A DNA stretch of 64,000 nucleotides from Stylophora pistillata (lineage: Eukaryota), in assembly GCF_002571385.2 (NCBI RefSeq), contig NW_019218011.1, forward strand, positions 10,299 to 74,298. The letters run 5' to 3'. Positions within the stretch are counted from its first letter, which is position 1. Each line of letters starts with the position of its first letter. Under the pieces are notes generated by a model that had not been told where the DNA came from, searched no databases, and saw only the letters and a program-made list of their open reading frames with translations. Positions 22,101-34,900 of this stretch are shown here, piece by piece. Position numbers and translations under genes: made by a program.

Positions 22101-23325
22101 AGAGAACTACTCGGTTGAAACGCACTTCTCTGCTAATCCACAATCTTGGTTTGGCATCGACAAAATTTTGAGAAATCANCAAAACTGCACTTGTCTGTAT
22201 ATTTCTTACTTTGAAAATAGGGTGCATTTGTGGATCTTGAAACCAAGTGGAGCCATTTATTTTAAACAAATATTAGTAGAAGACATTCTCATTCAGGCTG
22301 GGTTGCCCAAAGATTTGCCTTTGGATAACTTTTTGGCTGATAATTTCCGCAGTCTTGGTATTTTGCCCATTGAAGAGTGTGAAGATCGGTCCTTAAATAT
22401 GGTTGAATCGCAACCTCTTTCCCCTGTACGAAAGAGCTCAGCAAGGTTCCGACTCGTGGAAGAGGACGAGCAATTCATCTCAAGTCTATCTATGTGTTAC
22501 AAAACTTTTATTGCTCCAGTTTATGATTTGCTTGAGGAGCCTGAAGTCATTATTGTTCCTGACCGCAGCTTGTACAAAGTTCCCTTTGCTGCCCTAAGTG
22601 AGATTGAGGGAGCCGAATATCTCTCGGAGACGCATAGGATCCGGGTCATTCCTTCTTTAACAACACTCAAGATCATTCAAGACAGTCCAGACGACTATCA
22701 CAGCCACAATGGTGCGTTGATAATAGGTAATCCCAAGGTTGATTGGCTGCCGCCGTTGAAAGGTGCAAGAAAAGAAGCGGAAATGGTCGGACGACTGGTT
22801 GGCGTTCCACCTCTGGTAGGAGAGGAAGCTACCAAGGAGGTCGTGCTTGACAAGATAAGTTCAGTGAGCCTGATACATTTTGCTGCTCATGGTAACGCCA
22901 AGAGGGGAGAAATTGCCCTCGCCCCCAATCCTACTCCCAACTGTCGAAACGCTATCCCATCACCGGAAGCTTATATGTTGACGATGGCTGATGTCTCACG
23001 AGTGAAAGTCAGAGCTAAACTGGTAGTACTTAGCTGTTGTCACAGTGGAAGCGGACAGGTAAGAGCCGAGGGAGTTATAGGAATTGCCCGTGCGTTCCTA
23101 GGATCTGGTGCTCGCTCGGTGTTAGTTGCACTTTGGGCCATTCCAGATGCAGCAACAGAGAAGCTGATGAGTCGTTTCTACGAACACCTAGTTGGTGGAA
23201 AAAGTGCCAGTGAATCTCTTCATCAGGCCATGAAGTGGATGAGAAATAACGGCTTTACCAAAGTGTCTGAGTGGGCTTCGTTCACGCTGATAGGAGATGA
23301 CGTGCAGTTTAAGTTTGGAAACTAG
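19129..23325 (+). pseudogene. TPR-CHAT (TTC28-like) caspase-clan protease gene, copy 2: full length, one reading frame, two in-frame stops
   Basis: ORFs at 19129, 19819 and 21139 share a frame; TAA 19735-19737 and TAG 21028-21030; ~20 x 40-aa TPR units (19501-21900); CHAT dyad LIHFAAHG and VVLSCCHSG intact; ends WASFTLIGD; possible downstream intron 23328-23664. Confidence 0.9.
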
Positions 23326-24579
23326 AGGTAAGATTCGATAAGACAAGGTATTTCATAAATTGCAGTAGAGGAAAATTACATATGAAAGTGGCTTTGGCTA
23401 ACTGGTCGCTGACTGTAAGAGAAAGCCCATTGTGACGTTGAATATCAAGGCTACTTTTATATGTATTTCTTTATTTTTTTTGAAGAGTATTAATTGATCT
23501 CTGTTAAGTTTAGAGAGAAAGTGCCTCTCTGCCAGTCAGATGCAAACGTTAGCCATACATATTACTACATATTGTGCTTGGTATCACTTTATTTGCCTTA
23601 TATGAATTTAAAGTAAATGTTGATTAAGTTTTCTATAATTTGTTGTTTTCTACTTTTGTTACAGGTAAAAATACCCCGACAGTTGAGATAATGAGAACGG
23701 ATCGAAGAAAATAGAGAGCTAAAAGACTTTTAGATGGATAAATTAAATAGAATAATGAGAGAGGAGACTATCCGTTATTTCAGCTTGTAATTAAGAAAGA
23801 GCAATCTGAAATTAACGAGATAAATTTCACGTTTTTTTTCCGGAATAGATTTTGGAAATTATTATTGTTTTCAGCACAAAAATTATCTTGTCTGATATAA
23901 TTAGCAAGGAACGTTGTTGACATATGACTCTTAAGTGAATTAAATTGAAATCCGTAAATTAAAACAGTAGTTAAGGTATCAAAACGAACCACTTGTGTTT
24001 TGTAAGGTTTTTTCTCAAAGCGTTTTGTTAGTTTTAGTTAACAGAACCTTAAAAATTTGATGATGATTTTGACAACGCAATTTTTGCCATAGGTGAAACA
24101 AATTGCATGGATCCCAAAGTAGGACCGCAGCAAAAGTTTTTAAGGTTTATCAATTATCATCATAACATAGTGAATGTTTGCTTGCTTTTAATAATTATTG
24201 CATTTGTAAATGTTTCCACTGTCGTCTCAATTTACTGCTCTACTATTAAGTAACAACATAACAATTAACATATGTTCGTTGGCGTCTTTTACCAGCGCTT
24301 AAATAGTGTCATGCTCGAAGGTTTTTAGATTTCCCATGAAAGATTGTAATCACTTTTAATGAGTTGTGGCATATTTAGTTGATTTCGTAGATCAAAGGAA
24401 ATATTCATTACTGTAATATTCTTAATACGAAAACACGATGGATTTTGATAACAGTTTTTATAATTTAAAAATCCAACCTCTTTACAAAACGATGCTAATG
24501 TGTTCTCTACATGTGCATGTCCATAACGTGTAATACCGCTGATCATTACAATTACAGTGTTGCCTTAAAGCCCGCAAGT

Positions 24580-24812
24580 TGCAGGGTTTGACTCTTGGCT
24601 TAGTATTTGTTTTCTTTGGCAAGAAACTTTACTTCACAGTGCGTTTCTCCACCCAGGTGTTTAAATGTGTACCGGCGAATCTAAAGCTGGGGTTAACCCA
24701 GCGATGCAACAGCATCTCATCGAGGGGGGTAGAAATACTCCTAGTCGCTTTATGCTACGAAAACTGGAGATAAGCGCAGGCCTGATGGGCTACTTGGCTC
24801 GTATACAAACTT
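24580..24812 (+). mobile_element. Old SINE fragment with a CORE-like central domain
   Basis: ttggcaagaaactttacttcacagtg..ctccacccaggtgt.taaatg..tacc...gaaatactcctagtcgct..atgctac. Confidence 0.55.
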
Positions 24813-26438
24813 TTCCCTCGGTTAACAACTAATTAGGTATAAGTTAACTCATAGTTAGTAGGGGGGACAGGTTAGGAAGGCGGCGAACTTAAAGAAAGTA
24901 ACTCTTTGTTCAAGTTTATCGCTCGTGACGTCACACGACCGTGCCCACAAGAAATCAAGATGGCGTCTTTCCATGGTGGTCGGTAGTCATGTTGGTCGTG
25001 TAAAACTGTCTTTTATGTAGCCAATAGCGCTAAATTCAGATCGAATTATCGAAAATCCTAAGAAGTGAAATGCCAGGAGACAACTGCTCTGTTGTAGGAT
25101 GTGGTTCATGACGCCGATCCAAAGGAATTGGCATCTGGAAGCTGCCTACAGCTAAAAGCGAAGGCTACCGAAAATGGGGGGAAGCTTTGCTTAACGAGCT
25201 AAAGAAATACCGAGTTGTCGACAAGAACTTTCAAAACCAAATCAGTAATGATAAGGTATACACTTTTAAAAAGCATTTCAAGACTAAGGACATAGAAATA
25301 TGTAAGTATTTAGCTCCTTTTTACCTTCTAACTGCAATGTCATAACAAATATGACGATCAATAAAAGCATATGATCATGCGTCTTTAATCGATAAAAATA
25401 CCAATTTGTTCCCATCCTATTCACTTTGAAGTTGAATCTACCAAGTTAACATAGAAGAAAACCAACGTTTGGTGCTATGCCATGTCTAAATATGCCGAAG
25501 AAAAGTCACCCAACAACCCAAGCACAACCAAGAACTTCGCGTGTTGTAAGAGAAACTCAACCAAATGAAAGCGCGAGAAAATCATATTTCCACAATAACT
25601 TTCAAGATTTTGCTAAGACAATTAAAACGCTTAAATGCCTACGAGAGTGGACAAGTGAAGACATGTCTGACAGGATTATTTTTAAGAAGAGGAAGGAGAC
25701 ATTCTGCTTTCCAGAATATGAACTGAGTATAGACGATAGTCTGGGGTTCACAGTCATCACAGGGGGCCCATACAATCTGTTTGTGTAGCCGACTGTTGTT
25801 TTATAGTGAATGTACCAGATTTACCGTTTGCCTCACCTATAGTGATATATTGCTTACTTTGTACATAAGTCATTGATCAATAAACGTTGAATTACTTTAC
25901 CTGTGGTGTATAGTCGTCCTTTTGCCTCAAAAATGTTTTTTTTTAGCGATTTTGAATAAGTCTGAGTTCGTCGCAAATGAAAGAAATGGGTGAAAGCTGA
26001 TTGACCAATTCAAAATAACGTCGTCCAGAAAAGGGCAATCAGCGTGACGGTTTCTGGCTGGCACATGAGAATCTTGCTACACATCCCAGGCGCTCATTGA
26101 ATTTCTTCGAGGGCTAGCTCTGGTCCGTTTGGATGGATTTTCCTTTGGAAGGTACGAGGAGAATCGTGCATCTTTTGACCTTAATGCTGCGAAGTTTTAA
26201 AGCGGAGCAATGCGATTTTCGGGGAGAAAATCGCTCGGGCGCTTGAACCCTTTCAAAACAGGGCTTCCACACTTGTCTTTCTTTTATGCATTACATTAAC
26301 GAAGAAATCAGACTTATTCAAAATCGCTCAAAAAAACAATTTTGAGGCAAAAGGACGACTATGCACCACAGGTAAAGTAATTCAACGTTTATTCATTAAT
26401 GATTTATGTACATAGTTAGCAATATATCACTACAAGTG

Positions 26439-28012
26439 TATGGCGTCCCATCGGAGCCAAAATTTAACATTGCGATTTGACATTGTACTTTTAGTATTCT
26501 TCCTTATTTCGCGATTGGACATCCAATTATTTATACCTTATGAAACTTTTTCCGATTCAGCATTGTCCCTTTTACAATTAAACTTCCAAGTTTCAAGTAT
26601 TAAACGTTGTACTTTTCGTATTTCCACCTTGTAGTTGTGGATATTCAACATGCAGTACTTCGCGCTATTCAACATTCAACTTTCCATCATCCAACCGCAA
26701 CCCAGCTTTTAACGAAGGAGCGGAGGCTCACTAAGGTCAAGTACCTCATGTAGACAGAGCTGAATAACGTATACGCATGCGCCAGGTTTTGCCGCGGAAA
26801 CACGGATTTTGAGTCGTTCGCATGGTTGAATTCCATTCTGTTTCTTCGAGGCGTCGTTTTCCTTGCCGCTTTTCTTTTACAGAACAACCTCCAAAAATTT
26901 GGTACACCCCCTAAGAATTTTCTAAAAAATTAATTTCACCTTCAAACCTTTGGAAATAGGAAAGTGCCTTCGACGAAAACAGAGCTCCTCGGTTTTAAAG
27001 GTCAGCCCTTATTATTCTCCGCGATTTTCGCTAAATTCGCTAAATTTTAGACCTAGGACACTTGAGCCCGCGTTGTTGACCGCATACCCGCTGACGTAGC
27101 ATTTCATTATTCAGCTCTGTCGCTCTGTCCCTCATGTAAGCCTCATAACTTCGTACGAGGTTAACTTGTGAGATGAAAAATGGACGATATCTCATATTTG
27201 TTGGACTGTGTTCATAATATCCTAGACATTTTAAATAATGTTCAAGGCGTACATAACAGTCATGGAAATGTTCAGCTTCTTGTTGGTAAAGTAGATTTTT
27301 TGCAAAAGATGTTGGTAAATCTAGACATCGATGATTTCATAACAGAAACCATGGGAAGAGCTCATAGTTTGCTGGTAGAAATCGAAAGAACTGAGAAATC
27401 TTATCCACGTTATAGCCCTAGCGACCAACAAGATGGTAGATGTCGACGACCCTCGTACGTAATAAGCAAAGAACAGCTCTCATATTTAATTGAACAAGGT
27501 TTTAAATTGCAAGAGATTGCTACTATGCTTGGAGTAAGTTGCAGAATAGTTTAGAGAAGAATGATGTCATATTGACTATATGTGTCAGGTACATACTACT
27601 GTTTAAGCTAGGATATTATGAGCACAGTCCAGCAAATACGAGATATCGTCCATTTTTCATTTCACAAAATAACCTCGTACGAAGTTATGAGGCTTACATG
27701 AGGAACTTGACCTTAGTGAGCCTGCGCTCCTTCGTTAAAAGCTGGGTTGCGGTTGGATGATGGAAAGTTGAATGTTGAATAGCGCGAAGTACTGCATGTT
27801 GAATATCCACAACTACACTGAAAGTGGAATTACGAGAAGTACAATGTTTAATACTTGAAACTTGGAAGTTTAATTGTAAAAAAGACAATGTTGAATCGGA
27901 AAAAGTTTCATGAGAGATAAAGACTTGCATGTCCAATCCCGAAATAAGGAAGAATACTAAAAGTACAATGTCAAATCGCAATGTTGAATTTTGGCCCCGT
28001 TGGGACGCCATA
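26439..28012 (+). mobile_element. IS3EU-like DNA transposon deletion derivative: TATGG ends, ~340-bp TIRs, 6-bp TSD (C/T)AAGTG
   Basis: TSD 26433-26438 and 28013-28018 (5/6 match); ORF 27180-27554 ends in RPSYVISKEQLSYLIEQGFKLQEIATMLGVS (HTH of this transposase type). Confidence 0.7.
26753..27129. mobile_element. Mutator-type MITE with 9-bp TSD CCTCATGTA
   Basis: TIR gacagagctgaataa / ttattcagctctgtc; TSD 26744-26752 and 27130-27138; the terminal gctctgtc is duplicated. Confidence 0.75.
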
Positions 28013-31000
28013 TAAGTGAGGCAAACGGTAAATCTGGTACATTCTCTATAAAACAACAGTCGGCTACACAAAACATATTGTATGGGCTCCCTGTGCAGTC
28101 ATAAGCTATGACTGGCTATTGCCTGAAGATCACCAATTATACACAAGTCATTAAAGATCAATGAGGAATTTAACTTTGAGTTGTCCGATCAGAGGTCGAA
28201 GGACTAGTTCTTTGCCCAGGAATGTAATAAAATCAACTCTAGCATAGTTCATCATGTTATTCCAATATCAGCTGATCGATTCAAATGTGAAAATGGCAGT
28301 GATATGTTCACAAGTAAAGAATACTGGCGCTCAAAGAACTGTGATCTTTTAGTTGAGTCAAGTGATATTTGCCATACCTTTCAGTGCTAAATACTTGAGT
28401 TCTGTCGATCGAAAAGTACAAGTCAAGCAAAGATTACTAGAACAAGCTAAGCTAAATGCGCAATTATCAAAAACAGCACCTGAAAGTGTTAGATTAGCCT
28501 TAAAAGAACAGAGGTTGAAGTGTGCTGAGTTGGAGCAGGAGTTATGGGAAATGAGAGCTGCCCTAGAGAATTCAAGTGTTGAAGTTGACCATGATCTAAG
28601 CAACGATTTCACTAACATCGTTAGTGAGGTTGATGAATCTAAGGTGACACCCTTCATGAGTCTGTTCTGGCAGTAGCAGAAGAAAATGTTTAGCAGCAGT
28701 GCCTGTGGTGTTCGATACCACCCGATGATTATTCGCTTTTGTCTTTCTCTTGCCGCTGAATCACCATCTTGCTATGAAGAGCTGAGACAAAGCAACATCC
28801 TTGTTCTTCCAAGTCAGAGAACATTGCGTGACAACCGCAATTACATAAGACCATCAACTGGCTTCCAAGAGAAAGTTGTCAATGAACTTAAATCTGAAAC
28901 TCACCGTTAGCTACTTTGATACCCAGCGATACTGTGTTCTGCTGTTCGATGAAATGAAGATTCTGGCAAACCTTGTCTTTGACAAGACCACGAATGACGT
29001 AATTGGCTATGTTGATCTGGGTGACCCAGATGTGAACTTTGCAACACTAGACAAGCATGATGATGTTGCAACTCATGCATTTGTGTTCCTAGTGCGCGGT
29101 GTCTGCACAGAGCTCAAGTTCAGTTTGACATATTTTGCTACCACTGGAGTAACTTCTATGCGAACGATGCCACTTTTCTGGGAGGCTGTTTGTAATATTA
29201 GAGTGCATGTGTAACGTATGGGTAATCGCTTCAACCTCAGATGGTGCCTCACCCAATCACCATTTCTATAGACTGCATAAAAATCTTGATGGTGGAGCTG
29301 GTAAAGATGTTTGCTACAAAACCGTTAATCTGTATGCCTCAAATCGTTACATCTATTTCATTGCAGATGCTCCACACCTGACAAAGGCAACTAGAAACTG
29401 CCTTCTTCATTCACGACATGGTAGATGCACCATGTATGCAAATTCCAATGCAGTATTTGCACCCTTATGCCCCTATCATTTTGTTGCCAACAAATATATC
29501 TGTTATCCCATGTTTTTCTTGGTAATACTAGAAATCAAATTTTAACAATGTATTTTTTTCTCACATTTTAGGTATATGTGAAATGGTGGTTTGGACGTAA
29601 TTTGGCAGCACATTACGCAGCTTTTCTATCAAGATATGGAAAATGGGTTAAAGCTATTGCCAAAGCTCACATATTATCATATCAAAATCTCTTCATACTC
29701 AGCCATGCGTGTTAGTTTTGCTGCACAAGTCCCCTCTACTATGGTTAACCGGCTAAAGGTTAGCTGTTTGATTAAAAATCAGATAATCTTTTAGTTATTA
29801 AAAATTCACAGAATCAATGGACTTGATTCTTAGTTATTTCAGTGGTAAAAGAGAGTCTGGGGTGCGAGCAAAATCATAAATCAACTGGGTTAGAATGTGA
29901 CGGATTCATTCATTTCCGTGTTAAAACTTGGGACTCGAGTATTACGAGATGAATCGTTGGACAAAAAATGAGGCGGGAATCTCGAGTCTCGAAGCTAAGC
30001 AAACTGCCTGACACGCGAGAAAATGTGGCTGACAAGCGATTAGCATCTGGCAGATTGAAAAGTTGGCGCTAGTTCTCTGGACCAATTACAGACGATGACG
30101 ATGTTGAACGGACTGAATTAACTTTCCGCACTCAAGTGAAATGCCTCCACGAACACAACAATTATCATCCCATTCAAAATTTATTAATACTTAGATTAGA
30201 GGTTTTTATTTTTGACACTTTGAAGCCACAGTTTAATTATTTCAAAGCCAGCATTCATACAAGAGTATTATAGAAAATATGATAAGAAGCTAATAACTAA
30301 TTACAGGAGTTTATCAATAAAAACTTTTGGCTGTTTTTTTCTTTTTCATTCTTGAAGCCACTGCATAATGATCTCAATACCAACGTTCATATAAGAGTAT
30401 TACAACATGGTGAATCGATTACGTCACAATTTCTGTCAGGTTAAGCTCTGAGAATATACTGACGTCACACTGATTGTGTCCCAGTCTCTATGGATATGTT
30501 CCTCCCCCATCAGCCCTGATTTTTATTCATCCATAAACCAAAACGATGCATGCACACATTCAACCACTTAGAATGACCGTTGACGTTTGCTTTTAGAATG
30601 CAAATTGTAAAAAAAAAAAAACAAACAAATAATGCCACACAATTGCAATATACCTAGAAATGCACCTAAAACAAACACTAATGCAAAAACAAAACAAGAA
30701 GCAAAACGCTGTAACCTAATAAAATAATTTTTTTTATAAATTTTTTTTTTCCTTTTTTGTTGATATTTTTTTCCTTATCCATTTTAATTTTCTTTAATTT
30801 TTTTGCCTTAAAACTGCAAACGCCCTAAATATGTAAAGCCTATCAGCAAAAAATAAAAAAGAGCACAAACAATCAATTTACATAATAAGAAAGCATACAT
30901 CTCCAGTCATGCACAGTCATGACATGTAGACTTATTTCTCTTCCATTTGCAAATGATTCTATGTCAGCACACCTGAGTGACCTGGGTGGATCAAAACAGG

Positions 31001-31950
31001 GCTAGTAGACTGAAACATCTGCACTGTGACATCATTACACACCTCACTCTTACCTCCTAAGAATGAAAAGTTTTTTTTCCTTATTTTTTAAATATATACA
31101 GTGTTACAATATGAACAGTGGTGTATTATTAGGTCTACTACCTCCTAATTGTTATTTGAAGTAGATCATTTCAAAATAGGGAAAAGGATTTGAAATGAAG
31201 TATTTTCACAGTGGCTTCATGAAAACTGCGGGAAGAATTATTCTTGAAAATTGAAATCAATTCTATGACTATTAACAAAAGATTTGTTACAATTGAGAGA
31301 GATGTCCTATCAAATACAATATAAGTAGATCATTTCAAAATAAGGAAAGCATTGAGAGTTTTTTTTTTTACAGTTGCTTGGTATAAACTGCAGAAGGGAA
31401 TACTCTTAAAACGTGATATCATATCAAAATATTGTATGCATTATAACTATTTACAAAATATACCCTTAACTATTTACAAGAGATTATTTACAACTGAGAG
31501 AGGAAAAGGTTTATCAAAAGTATTTTTCTCTCTAAATGAAGACACCCCAATATTGTATAATTGACATCTTTAGCAAAATCATACAAATAGTAGAATAGGG
31601 GCAGCAGGTTTCAAAGACATTCCTGCAAAAATTATTTACAAGAATCCAAACAAAGGTGTCACCAATTTACGAAAACAGTAGATGAATTTTCATTCAGTCT
31701 GAAATACAAAAAAGGAAAAAATAAACCAACATGGAAAAATAATTACCATAATTATGGCACAATTAGATATGGTATGTTTAATTGCCAAGTAGCAGCAAAC
31801 ATAAACACAGATATTAACTCTAAATTAGTTTAACAGCCTAAAATCTTTCACTGTTAAAGATAGAATATGGAGTGGTATCATAGAAAGTATTAGAGACAAA
31901 AATTAGCCTTTATTTCAACTGAGTTTAAGATTACTGTTCCTTACCATTAT

Positions 31951-34900
31951 TTAGGCATGTAGGCTCTGCTGGCGAATTGCAGCAATCAGTGTAGCAACTC
32001 TTTTTTCTTGAGCTCTGTTCTTATCTGTCTTCTTCCACTCTAAAATTAAAATATAAAACCTCGTCCACTCCATGTACATACACTGTTATTGGCTTAGGAA
32101 TCAAGGCATTATAAACCATTGCTGTGATGACACCAAATTAAGAAAAAAGAACAAGAACAACTGGCATGAATAGTTACCTTCTACCTCTGAAAGGCATCTC
32201 AAGTCTGAACGCAACAAGTTAAGGCAATTGTCAATGTTTTCTCCTTGGCCCCTAAATTGGTGGAAGGAAAATAAATAAGTGATGCAAATCTGCTCCAAGA
32301 TTAATTAAGCCTGTAGTCTGGCTGATCCATAACAGGCCCTAAAAAAACTCAAGAAAATAATGATATAACACAAACAGTGAGCTGGTACATTCAGTAGATT
32401 AAACATTTTTTAATTCTAAGTTTGCAGTGCACATTTTTCATAACTAACAACGAAGAAACTGTATTCAGAGAAACTAGTTAAGCCATATATGATAGCAGTA
32501 TCAGTCATATTCTATCAAGGACTGTGAAGTGATTAGTTAAATATATACACTCAGGCTATTGTACAGAGCTTTTGGATCTTGGATTACCATAAAAGACCAC
32601 AATTGAGGTCATTATTGGCAAGTTTATTTTATTTCTGGAATAAGTCTACATAACTTACAAAGCAAGTAGGTCTTCTTTTCTTCTCATCACTTTGGAATGG
32701 AAGTCATCCAGTATGAGCCAACCTTGTTTCAAGCTTTCCATCTCTTCTCTACGTTCTACAGACAAAAAGAAAACAAATACAATTTGTAAGCTGTGTAAAT
32801 AAAACATGACCTATAACACCTGCAATAAGTATAAATACTTGCAGTATCTGTAGTAAAGAGACTAACAAGAAGACAAGTGATAAAAATTAAACAAATATCA
32901 ATTTAGAGATTTTTAGTTGATCCAATACCAAATTCTCTGATCTTACATTGTAAGAGTTGTATAAAAGACAGCAAGGAGAATTATCAATGAGATCTGGGGA
33001 ATAAAGGGTTATTTAGTTCATTGTAGGGGAAAAGAACTGTTAAAGATCAAGGAATAACCATTCTGAACTTCAAATCGACATGAGGATGTAACATATTAAT
33101 TGTATTATTTCAAGTGCCAAGGCACTTCACTTAATCACTCAAACAGTTCAAGTTCTTAATTAACCTGATAACACAGCTGCCTGCATTTCAAGTTCTACTT
33201 TGGAACGAACTTCTTCTGAAGACAATAATTCATCTTGAACAAGGTTCAGTTCCTCTTCAACATAACTGGCCAAATCTGTATGCACTTGGTATACACTTGA
33301 GGCTGGGAAAAAAATAGTATCAAAAATTAATAAATAGAGTTAGAAAGATGGTAAATAGTTGTACTATTGCATATAATTATAAATAACAAAGTGTAAAGTA
33401 ATGATTCTGATTCAATTGTGCTTTAGTAAAACTCAGTTATGGTCCCATGGAGCCTTTCAAAATCAATCAGATGAAACAGAAGCTGGAAAGCTGGAAAACA
33501 AACCAAAACTTACATGAATTATCATCTCTCTTGGGAAAGTACTCCACTGTTGATCCCCCTTCATCTTCCTCAATGAAACCTGTTTCATTGTAAACTGTCT
33601 CTGGGAACAACACAGAGAAGGAGTCAGGTGCTTCTTCATCATCTTTAATAGGGTGCAATACCTTAGGCTGTCCATCAATTTGAAACCTGACAGTTTTATG
33701 AAGTTTCTTTTTACTCTGCCTTCCATTTTTCTCTTCACCGTCTGGTTGCAACCCCTGGCTAGTACGTGGGTGAGGTTGGGGTGGAACAGGGCTGGGAGGC
33801 ACATGATCAAGTGAAGCCTCCTTCCTGACCTTTCCTGACCCAGCTTTGGTATCGCTGCTAGGGGAGGGATTGACCCAAGGTTTGTCACTTTGGAAGACTC
33901 CACCTTGTTGTTCATTAGTATTTTCATCCTCCTTGGCAGCAATGCCTGTACTACTTGAGCTAGAAGCATACTTTTTCTCAGTTTTCTTTCTGTCTTCCTC
34001 AGCAGCAATGCCTGTACTACTTGAGCAAGAAGCATCGCCTTTCTCAGTTTCCTTTTTGTCTTCATCAGCAGCAATGTCTGTACTACTTGAGCAGGAAGCA
34101 TCATTTTTCTCAGTTTTCTTTCTATCTTCCTCAGCAGCAATGTCTGTGGCACTTGAGTGGCCATGTTTCCTGTTTCTTGCTTTCTTCAAAGATTGATACT
34201 TTTCTGTTTTTCCCTCTGCCTTTCTTCTCGCCTGTTCCTCTCGTGCCTCCTGCATTATCTCTTCCCATATCTCTTCATCTGTAGGACTGTAAAGACAACA
34301 CAAATATCAAGCACACCCATCTGTAGGACTGTAAAGATAACACAAATATCAAGCACACCCAGCAATTGCCCATTTCCGCATTACCCTTGGCCTCATTTTC
34401 AAAACAAGTCCTGGTGCTCATCCTTTCATATGATTATAAGTTTTTAGTTCACATGCAAATTACCCTAAGAATGGTTGAGCACCAGGCCTTGTTTTGAAAA
34501 AGAGGCCAAAAGTAATTTGGAAAATGGCCTATTGCAACAAAGCAGTTACTGGAAATTACAAATGAAGGTAATTAAGTTAAGACAAAACAAATACTAATTG
34601 AATGTAAAAACCATTGAGAAAATGGATTTTTATATTTTAGTCAACCCTTTCATTCATCAAGCAAAAAATGATATCTCATTCTGAAACTTTATTCAAGTTC
34701 ATTGATATTAAAATAAGTTCTCCCATAAAATTATCTAAAATAGGACATTATAATAGCAATTAACTTTTAAATGCCCTGCATAAACTAGATGATATTTAAC
34801 TAGCAATGAAAATTACTGAAGAACACTCACTGAATGACTGGGTCCTCTTCCTGTATAACCCATGATAATTCAAATTCAATTTTACCAGAAACAACTTTCT

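Larger units (their letters stand above)
25758..28095. mobile_element. Non-autonomous P-superfamily-like element: CAC...GTG ends, ~210-bp TIRs, 7-bp TSD CAGTCAT
   Basis: TSD at 25751-25757 and 28096-28102; left TIR 25758-25970 pairs with 26300-26438 plus 28019-28095. Confidence 0.8.
25070..29740 (+). mobile_element. Intron-containing P-element/THAP9-like transposase pseudogene, split by a nested insertion
   Basis: THAP MPGDNCSVVGC; YHPMIIRFCLSL..SPSCYEEL..LPSQRTLRD; LLFDEMKI; SDGASPN; DAPHL.K..RN; coding sequence GFTVI|SYDWLLPEDH rejoins across 25758-28102. Confidence 0.85.

Noticed and set aside
19129-23325. Calling this the TTC28 orthologue, or a bacterial contaminant or recent horizontal transfer
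   Set aside because: Uninterrupted, homogenised repeats and paralogy argue against simple orthology; it is embedded among animal TEs and intron-rich genes; origin cannot be judged without a phylogeny
29800-31690. Short ORFs and A/T runs
   Set aside because: Consistent with the 3' UTR and intergenic DNA of the EHBP1-like gene; no coding signal
33463-34447. Overlapping alternative-frame and antisense ORFs
   Set aside because: Shadows of the repetitive EHBP1-like exon 6
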